A stretch of DNA of 64,000 nt from an uncultured Nitrospiraceae bacterium. GTDB taxonomy: Bacteria; Nitrospirota; Nitrospiria; Nitrospirales; Nitrospiraceae. A program made the translations under genes and the position numbers. The stretch is taken from positions 384,001 through 448,000 of the forward strand of contig CAVSTP010000003.1 of the NCBI GenBank assembly GCA_963730935.1, given 5' to 3'. The notes beneath the pieces were generated by a model, which did no database searches, was not told the DNA's origin, and worked only from the letters and a program-made list of their open reading frames with translations. The first letter of the stretch is position 1, and each line of letters begins with the position of its first letter. Shown piece by piece: positions 51,633-59,498 of the stretch.

Positions 51633-53351
51633 TTACACCGTGCGCGCCCGAGCGACCCGGTGTAAATCCTCCTCGGTGACGTAACCGACAGAATTGCGAA
51701 ACGGCGCCAGGCGAAACCCCAGCAAACGGCCCATGGCGGTGATGTGCTCAGCCTGGGTGGGATCGGCCTTTCCAAGGGAGTAGTGTCCGGTCCATCCAAT
51801 CGCGGTCAAAATCATGGTTTCCGACAGACAGCCGAGGGCTTCTTCTGCTCCCACGTCCAGATCGAAGTGCACATCAATATCATTAGGCGTTCTGACGATG
51901 GCGGATTCGATGACGAGGACATCGGGCCGCTGGAGTGGAACGTCCTCGGACACGTTCTTCGGCTGTGCGGCATCGATGACAATGGCACCAGCTTTCAGGT
52001 GAGCCGCGGTCAATAGAATATAGGGGTTATTCGTCATGGCGATAACAACATCCGCCTTCGACACTTGGTCGAGACTCGTCATGCCTTTGATGATTGAAGG
52101 CTGGTCGCCCAACTCTGAGATGAGACTTTGAAGTGCATCCTTCTTGATATCGATGATGAACAGTGTGCCGACAAGCCGGGCAAGAATCTTCGAGCAAGCG
52201 GAACCTACCGATCCGGCACCTCCGACAATCGCCACGGTGGCATGCGGCAGACTGAGATTGGTCAGGGCGGCTGCATGAAGGACATTCTGGACGGCAACAG
52301 CGGCCGATTGGGCGTTTCCTGTGGTCAATCCGAGCCGGACCTTGCCCTCCAGCTCTTGTCCATCCCGGGTGAGGATCGAGGTGAATGCGCCCAATCCTGC
52401 GATGGTCGCTCCCATTTTTTCCGCCAGGCGAACGGTCTGCCACACACGTAGGCGAGCGAGTCGGGGGTTGCGAATCATCTGTTCTGTCGTCAGCGGTGAA
52501 ATCAGAATGGCACCCATCGTCGGGGTTCCATTCGCCAGGGTCAGGCCAGTGATGTAGGAGGCCACCAACGGCCATTGATACCGAATCCAGCGTTCGACGA
52601 CATAGGAAGGCAGCCGGCTCGCAAACGGGAACTTACGCGCAACATCGCTCAGTGTGCGGGGATGACCAATGAAGGCAAAAGTAATGGGCGTGACGAGGAG
52701 ACGGGCGAAGGGAGCAGGCAGGAATCGGACGATCAGGTCGCGAAAGACTTGAAGGAGGTGCCAAGCTCCTAGCCATACGGCAGGCCAGGATACGCGTAAT
52801 GGAGCTTGATCCGTCTTCTTGGGTGCCTCTCGGACGGACGGTGACGCCAGGGGGTGGGCCAGACGAGCCGACTCAGCCTTACGATCCACTGTGGGCCTGT
52901 GAGCGGGATGATAAGGATTGTCTGTAATGAATAAGGATAGAATTGACCGGGGATTCGTCGTTACGAGACCCGCTCGGGCTGATGCTCGTGCAGGTCCCTC
53001 CGGCATTTCCAGGCTCTGGAGATAGGTTTCCAGCTCCTGCAAGGCAGACTCAAGGACCAGCCGTATGGTCTGCCCCAAAGCGTCGAGAGCGATGTCGACC
53101 CTAAATCGAGTGGGCGAATCGCCCTCATCCTCGGTCACTGCGGTCACGCGTCCCGACAACGGCATGTAGGCGACATTCTGGCTGTAGCACAGAACGACAG
53201 TCACTACAGCGCCTGGTGAGGAGACGCAATCAGTCAAAAATGAGATCCGATCGAGGCCGAGTTCTTGAGTGACCCCTCGCGCCTGGCTTCCTCCAAGATC
53301 GACCACGACGGGCAGGCTTACGGCGAGCTGACTCGAAACGGTACTTCCCAC
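51633..53351 (-). CDS. Acyl-ACP reductase-like (COG5322-type) oxidoreductase with N-terminal PilZ-like domain
   Basis: FAFIGHP, LGAFTSI, TTGN, VAIVGGAGSVGSA, IDAAQPKN, GCLSETMIL. Confidence 0.75.
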   Translation of the reverse strand: MGSTVSSQLAVSLPVVVDLGGSQARGVTQELGLDRISFLTDCVSSPGAVVTVVLCYSQNVAYMPLSGRVTAVTEDEGDSPTRFRVDIALDALGQTIRLVLESALQELETYLQSLEMPEGPARASARAGLVTTNPRSILSLFITDNPYHPAHRPTVDRKAESARLAHPLASPSVREAPKKTDQAPLRVSWPAVWLGAWHLLQVFRDLIVRFLPAPFARLLVTPITFAFIGHPRTLSDVARKFPFASRLPSYVVERWIRYQWPLVASYITGLTLANGTPTMGAILISPLTTEQMIRNPRLARLRVWQTVRLAEKMGATIAGLGAFTSILTRDGQELEGKVRLGLTTGNAQSAAVAVQNVLHAAALTNLSLPHATVAIVGGAGSVGSACSKILARLVGTLFIIDIKKDALQSLISELGDQPSIIKGMTSLDQVSKADVVIAMTNNPYILLTAAHLKAGAIVIDAAQPKNVSEDVPLQRPDVLVIESAIVRTPNDIDVHFDLDVGAEEALGCLSETMILTAIGWTGHYSLGKADPTQAEHITAMGRLLGFRLAPFRNSVGYVTEEDLHRVARARTV

Positions 53352-53772
53352 CAGTGCGTTATTCCTCCCGGCTCAATGCTGTGTTCCTTGACAGAAGCCA
53401 CCTCTCCTGAACCCTGCATTCTTTAGTACAGAGCACTCACGTGCTGTGGGCAATCAATATTGCGTGATAGTGGCTTTTTGTCAATGCGACGGAGAGGAAA
53501 AGGGGTGCCTGTAGGACAAGAACGGATCTTACGTCTAATCGCCGATAGACATATGATCTGCACGACTCGGAACGAAAAAACTGTATGAACCGGGGCGCGT
53601 TGTTGGTATACGGGAACAGGCAGGTGTTTTCACCTACACCCCCCATGACAGCTTCAAAGGGGATTTGTCTTGGCACGCAACGTAAAGTGCGGGAGTCTTT
53701 AGGACGTAAATGCTGAACCGGTGACATGATACGTAGAACAACCTGTATGACGCAGTCGACAGCGAAAGAACA

Positions 53773-55167
53773 ATGCTACAGATGTGGTTGAGACGAGTCA
53801 TCGTGGCGGCAAGTCTCGCTCTCGCTTGTCTGTCTCCGACGGTTGGTTCGGCGGGGGCCATACGGATCTTCGATCAGAGCGCCTCGGGAACGGCTCAAAG
53901 CGGCGCCTTTGCCGCACAGGCGGACGATCCCTCAGCCGTCTATTTCAATCCAGCTGGCTTGACGCAATTGAGAGGGGTGCAAACCTCCTTCGGCGTCATG
54001 TTGCTCGGTGGACATACCACATACACAAGTCCATCGGGTGGGACTGCCAGGGGGGATTTTGGCGGAAGCGTGGCCGTTCCTCCGCCAATCAATTTGTATT
54101 TCACTGCGAACTTGAAAGATCTCGGGGTCACGGCGCTCGGTGATCTCAGTGCTGGCCTTGGCGTGGTCTCTCCGTTCGGGGTTCTCTACCGTTACCCTGA
54201 CGACGGCCCTTTTTCGACGGCCGTGACGCGACAATCGCTACCCCTCATCGATATCAAACCCACGCTCGCCTATAAGCTGAACGACCAACTCTCGGTTGGC
54301 GTTGGTGCGGACATTTATACCTTTGCGAGCTTTTGGGGAAGCGGACAGGCTGTGACGAAATTCAACTCATCCGGCGGCCCCGGCCTACCGCCTCCCGGCA
54401 CGCGGATGGAGGTCAACGGCGGGGATACGGCTGCCGGGTTCAATCTGAGTCTCTTGTACACGCCGTTCCGGAATGAAGATGGAAAACCACTGGCAAATGT
54501 CGCCGTGATTTATCGCAGTCAGGCTACGATGCATCTGAATGGCAATTTCCTCGCAAATGGCGGCCTGGTCGCTGATGCCTCGACGACGCTCGTGTTGCCG
54601 CAGATCTTTACCGGCGGGATGTCGATCTGGCCGATCAGAGATCGCAACCATGAATGGAAGTTGGAGTTAGACGTGGATATGACTGGATGGAAATCTGTCC
54701 GGAACACGGACGTGCATCTGTCCAATGGCACGACCATTCCATTCGCTCAGAACTGGCGGAATGCTTATACGACGATGGTTGGCACGGAGTACAAGTGGCT
54801 CAATCTGGAGAAACTGCCGGCATGGGAGGTAGCGCTCCGTGGAGGCTATTGGCACTCGCAGACACCGATTCCTGACAGCTCGTTTCTGCCCACCATTCCC
54901 GATGCGGATCAGCATGCTATTTCAATTGGGACGGGTTTCCTCTGCAAAGGCAACGGCCACTTTCTGGGGCTGATTGAATGCGGCAAGGCCGAGGGAGGAA
55001 TACTGAGACCCAAAGCAATCGGTCTGGATTTGGCGTACCAAGCGATCTTCTATGAAACGCGAACTGTCAGTGGCAATCTCAATCCTGTGGCCATTCCCGG
55101 CGTCGTCAACGGGACGTATCAGACGACCTTACACGTTGGGATGATTAACCTTCGGGTAAACTTTTAA
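53773..55167 (+). CDS. FadL/OmpP1/TodX family outer membrane channel
   Basis: Signal peptide; DQSASG..GAFAAQADDPSAVYFNPAGL hatch motif; PTLAYKLNDQLSVG; terminal F. Confidence 0.92.
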   Translation: MLQMWLRRVIVAASLALACLSPTVGSAGAIRIFDQSASGTAQSGAFAAQADDPSAVYFNPAGLTQLRGVQTSFGVMLLGGHTTYTSPSGGTARGDFGGSVAVPPPINLYFTANLKDLGVTALGDLSAGLGVVSPFGVLYRYPDDGPFSTAVTRQSLPLIDIKPTLAYKLNDQLSVGVGADIYTFASFWGSGQAVTKFNSSGGPGLPPPGTRMEVNGGDTAAGFNLSLLYTPFRNEDGKPLANVAVIYRSQATMHLNGNFLANGGLVADASTTLVLPQIFTGGMSIWPIRDRNHEWKLELDVDMTGWKSVRNTDVHLSNGTTIPFAQNWRNAYTTMVGTEYKWLNLEKLPAWEVALRGGYWHSQTPIPDSSFLPTIPDADQHAISIGTGFLCKGNGHFLGLIECGKAEGGILRPKAIGLDLAYQAIFYETRTVSGNLNPVAIPGVVNGTYQTTLHVGMINLRVNF

Positions 55168-55658
55168 GGTTTAAAATGTCTCGTCCGATCGACCGGCAGG
55201 CTGCAATTCCTTACTTAGCATGGTGAGACATAATACGATCTTGCTCAGACTGGCGAGCGGTGTTGGATGGCCGTCGGCGTTTAGGTCCCCACCTGATAGC
55301 GAAGTGGTAGGAAAAGACGGAGAGGATTGGCGGAAGGAATTTCAGGAAGTTCGATAAAACCTGTACGTTTGCCACACAGATCAGAAGACATAAGTCATTG
55401 AAAAAGCTCACACTTGTTTGCCGGATCTTCAACCTGCTTGCTCGTGTCGTCAATCTTTTTTATAGGTCTTACAGACCAATAGCTAGACAAGGTCGCGATT
55501 TCAAATACTTAGAATTATCGTGTTTGTCAGTTTTTTTACATTCGTAAAGGGAAGGGCAGAACGATCCCCCTAACAGGGCGAATGGTACACGACGGTCGGC
55601 ATGGAGGCGGGCAACTCAGCATCTCGATTAGTCCGTCGGAAGTATGCTAGCGTAGTGA

Positions 55659-55988
55659 ATGCGCCGCTTACATCTGACCTACCTCGCCGGGGTTGCTGTT
55701 GGGCTTGCCTTCGCGTGCTCCGGCCTTGCCGTTCATGCGCAGATGTACCCTCAAGACATCCACTCCCAGCACCGGCCGACGGGACCCAACGCTCCCGGTC
55801 AACAGTGGTCTGGCGGGATGGGTGTCGATAGCGCGTCCGCGTTTCTCCAGCGCAGGGAGGAGGAGGACCGAGAACGGCGGGAGTCGCTGGAGCGTCAACG
55901 CCGGATGATGGAGAACTTTACGAATATTCCCGACCAGCTTCGCCAGTCCTATTTCAGGCGTCCTGAGCTCCCCTTCAATTCGCGATAA
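55659..55988 (+). CDS. Small secreted hypothetical protein
   Basis: Signal peptide ending VHA. Confidence 0.55.
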   Translation: MRRLHLTYLAGVAVGLAFACSGLAVHAQMYPQDIHSQHRPTGPNAPGQQWSGGMGVDSASAFLQRREEEDRERRESLERQRRMMENFTNIPDQLRQSYFRRPELPFNSR

Positions 55989-56378
55989 CCCAACCTACAC
56001 GTGGTCGTACTATCGACACGGCCATTCTCACGAGCTGAAGCTGGGGCGAGCGGCTCGATGAATTGTCGACGCCATCCTAGACTTCCAGCCACATATGGGC
56101 TTCTAGGCCTCACCGGTGGGCCCGCCTTCGACACATAAATTAGGAATACTTGGTAAACAAAGCACTACGCATTAAACCCTTTTACTTAGATACCGATAGG
56201 GGGCTACCATTTTCTCGTATAGAGAGACATACTTTCGCCTTCTTCGGCTTTTCTCTGTAGGGATTTGAGAACTCATGAACGGCCACTTTCTCGATGTCGC
56301 AGCAATGAGCTCTACTTACACCGTCAGACGTCTTCCCGATCAATGTCTCCCATTTCGTTCGATTCGTTGAGGTGAACC

Positions 56379-58247
56379 ATGTACCTTCAGTTTTATGGTC
56401 TTACCAAGGAGCCATTTAAGACCACCCCCGACATCGATTTTCTCTTCCTCAGTCCTAGCCACAAAGAAGCGTTAGCCTGCATTGAGTATGGCATTCGGCA
56501 GCGTAAAGGCTTCGTTGCGATCACCGGCGAGGTGGGAGTCGGTAAAACAATGATCCTTCGGTCCTATCTCGACAAGGTGGGTCCAGAAAAACAGAAAACC
56601 ATTTATATCCTGAATCCCAAGGTCAGCTTCGACAATCTTCTCAGCACCATTCTCAGGGAATTGGGGGCGGAAGCCATTGCAGGGCAAGCAACGGACAAGC
56701 TCAACCAATTGCATGAGGTGTTGATCGCTGAATACCGCAACGACTATACGGTCGTTCTCCTGATCGATGAAGCCCAGAACATACCGATCGAGACGCTGGA
56801 AAGTATCCGCATGCTGTCCAACCTGGAAACGGCTACGGAGAAACTAATTCAGATCGTCCTGGTGGGTCAGCCCGAACTGGACGAATTACTCAACCGTCAT
56901 GAGTTGCGCCAGGTTCGTGAGCGGATTGGGCTTCAGGCAAGGATTGCACCGCTCACCAACGCTGAGAGTGTCGCCTACATTGATCATCGCCTCAGTCTTG
57001 TGAGCAGCGATCCACGGAAGGTCTTTTCAAAGCAAGCGCTCAATCGAATCGTTGGGTCGGCCAAGGGTATTCCGCGAAGATTGAACATTCTTTGTGATAG
57101 CGCCCTCATCACAGGATACGGCTATCAGCAACCGAGGATTTCGGGGAAGATTGCGAAAGAGGTGATTGCTGATCTCAATACACATCAAAAATACCAATCT
57201 GAACCTGCACGGAGACTCCAGCCGCGGTACGCATTGGGCCTGCTGAGTGTCGCCGTCGTCGTCGTCTTCTATTTCATGAATGTATCGGCCATACCAGAGA
57301 TCCCGATCAGTAAACCATCAACGGTTCAAAATGGCATCACGGTCAGTGAACCATCAACGGTTCAAAATGGCGGCACGGTCAGTAAGCCGTCAGCGGTTCA
57401 AAATGGCGAGCACCCAAAGACTAGTGTCAGTAGTCTGGAGACGGGTCAACACATGGCTCCAGTCGCTGGCCACGCAGAACCCATGCCACCGGCACGCGTG
57501 GTTAGGGTGCTCGATGCTACAGCGGAGACTGATTTATCCCCGGCTGAGAGGATGGAATTAAGTGAGACGGCCAGGCTTTTGGCCGTTCTTTTGGATTCCG
57601 GAAGGGTCGTGATCGGACGAGCGCAGGCGACGATCAATAACCCGAGACTGGAGGACAAAGGGTTTTCTTCGAGCGTCTTTGAAGGCCAACTGAGAAAAGA
57701 GTTTCAGGCAAGAACTCGACATGATCTGCACAATCTTGCCGCCGCCCCCATGCCGGAGTCTGCTAAGCCCTTGCTCCTGCGGCTGTCGTTTTTCATGCAG
57801 AAGGCCGTCCATGATGTGCAGCCCGACATCAATAAGAAGGGAATTGGCTTCAAAGGGTTCATTCCCGCGACGTTTGCAACGCAAGTAGCTGAGCGCTTCT
57901 CGAAGGACACAGGGTTAACATTGCGACAGATTGGTCCGCCCGGCGCAGAACCGCGAAACCCGAACAACAAACCGGATGACCAGGAGGAGCTACTACTCTC
58001 CGCCGTTCAGAAAAATCATCCTCGGGTTGGAGATCATATTGTCGAGCAACAGTTGTCTGACAGAAGTGGTGTTCGTGTCTTGCTTCCGCTTTTTTACAAC
58101 AAACAATGTCTTGCCTGTCATGGAAGTCCCAAGGGAGCGGTCGATATCTCCGGATATGAAAAGGAAGGCTTCAAAGAGGGAGATCTGGGAGGCGCCATTT
58201 CGATTGTGCTTTCTGCTCAGAACAAACTGGCGAGGAGCGGCGAATGA
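56379..58247 (+). CDS. ExeA/GspA-family AAA ATPase fused to a DUF3365 (Tll0287-like) heme c domain
   Basis: MYLQFYGL..EPF..TPD, GEVGVGKT, LIDEAQN, LVGQPEL, GIPRRLN; TM; FIPATF, PRNPNNKPD, CLACH, GDLGGAIS. Confidence 0.85.
   Translation: MYLQFYGLTKEPFKTTPDIDFLFLSPSHKEALACIEYGIRQRKGFVAITGEVGVGKTMILRSYLDKVGPEKQKTIYILNPKVSFDNLLSTILRELGAEAIAGQATDKLNQLHEVLIAEYRNDYTVVLLIDEAQNIPIETLESIRMLSNLETATEKLIQIVLVGQPELDELLNRHELRQVRERIGLQARIAPLTNAESVAYIDHRLSLVSSDPRKVFSKQALNRIVGSAKGIPRRLNILCDSALITGYGYQQPRISGKIAKEVIADLNTHQKYQSEPARRLQPRYALGLLSVAVVVVFYFMNVSAIPEIPISKPSTVQNGITVSEPSTVQNGGTVSKPSAVQNGEHPKTSVSSLETGQHMAPVAGHAEPMPPARVVRVLDATAETDLSPAERMELSETARLLAVLLDSGRVVIGRAQATINNPRLEDKGFSSSVFEGQLRKEFQARTRHDLHNLAAAPMPESAKPLLLRLSFFMQKAVHDVQPDINKKGIGFKGFIPATFATQVAERFSKDTGLTLRQIGPPGAEPRNPNNKPDDQEELLLSAVQKNHPRVGDHIVEQQLSDRSGVRVLLPLFYNKQCLACHGSPKGAVDISGYEKEGFKEGDLGGAISIVLSAQNKLARSGE
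57307..57407 (+). repeat. 36-bp in-frame tandem repeat x3
   Basis: TCAGTAAACCATCAACGGTTCAAAATGGC-type unit at 57307, 57343, 57379 (S[KE]PS[TA]VQNG). Confidence 0.9.
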
Positions 58248-58504
58248 GTCGAATCTTCGAGGCTCTTCAACACGCCGAGAAGGAACGCCTTCGACATAGG
58301 AAGGCTGCTGAGGAGCAGAAGAACTTTCCAAGAGGAAGTGTTGACCGGACTCGCACGGTCGGTACGGCCGATCCACACCACTGTGTGGAGTTTGCCGCCC
58401 GTGTCCGTCGAGAAGGACTCGTGGATTTTCTCTATGGCTTGGTTGGGATGTATCCCTGGCAATGCAGCCGCTGTCGTCGCGGCTTTCATCGCTTTGAGCG
58501 ATAA
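58244..58504 (+). CDS. Small protein with MSRIFEAL N-terminus and CxxC C-terminus
   Basis: ATGA overlap with upstream stop, GAGGAG RBS; YPWQCSRC. Confidence 0.65.
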   Translation: MSRIFEALQHAEKERLRHRKAAEEQKNFPRGSVDRTRTVGTADPHHCVEFAARVRREGLVDFLYGLVGMYPWQCSRCRRGFHRFER

Positions 58505-58554
58505 TAACCATCCATTCGAAACCCGGTTCCGCTGCAGGGGTGCGCTGCGCGGCG

Positions 58555-59280
58555 TTATTTCACCAGCCACACCCGGTAGGTCTTGGCGGAGGCAGGTTTA
58601 GGAACTTGAATAAGGCCGACGGCGCCAGGGCTCATCACGTCGTCACCAGTGGGTGTTCGCCAGGCTTCAAAGCGCTGGCTGTACAAGAGCAGACCCTCAG
58701 CATCGTAAAAGTCCACCATAATATGCGCAATGTCGCGGAGTCCCCCTTGATAATGGGTCGTGACCCAATCCAAGCGTTTCAGTGCCTGATACTGGATCGA
58801 GAGCGTACCGGGACTCTCTTCCTTCACGCTGAGCAGCTTGAGCACGCGGTTCTGATCTAGCCCTTCGGCGGGGGCAGGGCCACCGGCGAGCTGCGTCCTG
58901 ATCGCGCGCGCACTCTCCTCCGCAGGCAAATACGCCTTCACCCGGCAGAACACGGTGCGTCCCTCTTCGTTTTGCTCGAGGATTTGTTGGTCTTGAACGC
59001 GGGTGGCCAAGGTGTTCGCGATCTCGCGCAGCAGCACCGAGTCCACAACCGAGGCCGTCTGTTCCCGATAGACCGCTGAGTTGACGACGGCTTGGCGCAG
59101 TGCTTCGCGGCAGGCCAGATCTTTCGCATCGGCAGGCTGGTCGGAGGCGTGAGTGTGATATCGGTAGTCCCCGGTGATCTCGAGACGGCTGTTCGGCTCC
59201 GCGGCGTGAACGCTCACCGCGAACCATGCGACGAAGGCTGCACCCAAGACATGAAGGCCGGTGATCCAATGCGCTGACAT
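58555..59280 (-). CDS. Hypothetical secreted protein
   Basis: Signal peptide ending VHA; 241 aa. Confidence 0.75.
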   Translation of the reverse strand: MSAHWITGLHVLGAAFVAWFAVSVHAAEPNSRLEITGDYRYHTHASDQPADAKDLACREALRQAVVNSAVYREQTASVVDSVLLREIANTLATRVQDQQILEQNEEGRTVFCRVKAYLPAEESARAIRTQLAGGPAPAEGLDQNRVLKLLSVKEESPGTLSIQYQALKRLDWVTTHYQGGLRDIAHIMVDFYDAEGLLLYSQRFEAWRTPTGDDVMSPGAVGLIQVPKPASAKTYRVWLVK

Positions 59281-59498
59281 ACCGCATCCCCACAGATTGG
59301 GAGGAAAACTTCTACGATGGCTCGCGGGTTATGCTACCACGCGATCTCCCGTGCTTCCACTTCAGGGGAAACGGGAAAACGGACGGAGACGTCGGTTCAG
59401 ATTGTGATGCCGCGTCCTATACGTATTTTGAAGAAATTTCCCACAACAACAATGGGATAGCTTGACTTGCGTGCCTACTTCACGCAGACTCTCGATTT

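Noticed and set aside
51633..53351. Alkane biosynthesis locus or shikimate dehydrogenase
   Set aside because: No aldehyde-deformylating oxygenase in the window, and similarity to shikimate dehydrogenase is limited to the Rossmann fold.
53670..53686. Sigma-54 promoter upstream of the FadL gene (TGGCACGCAACGTAA)
   Set aside because: Good -24 element but the -12 GC is missing.
57307..57407. 36-bp periodic repeat as a CRISPR array
   Set aside because: Units are contiguous, in frame within a CDS, with no unique spacers and no cas genes.
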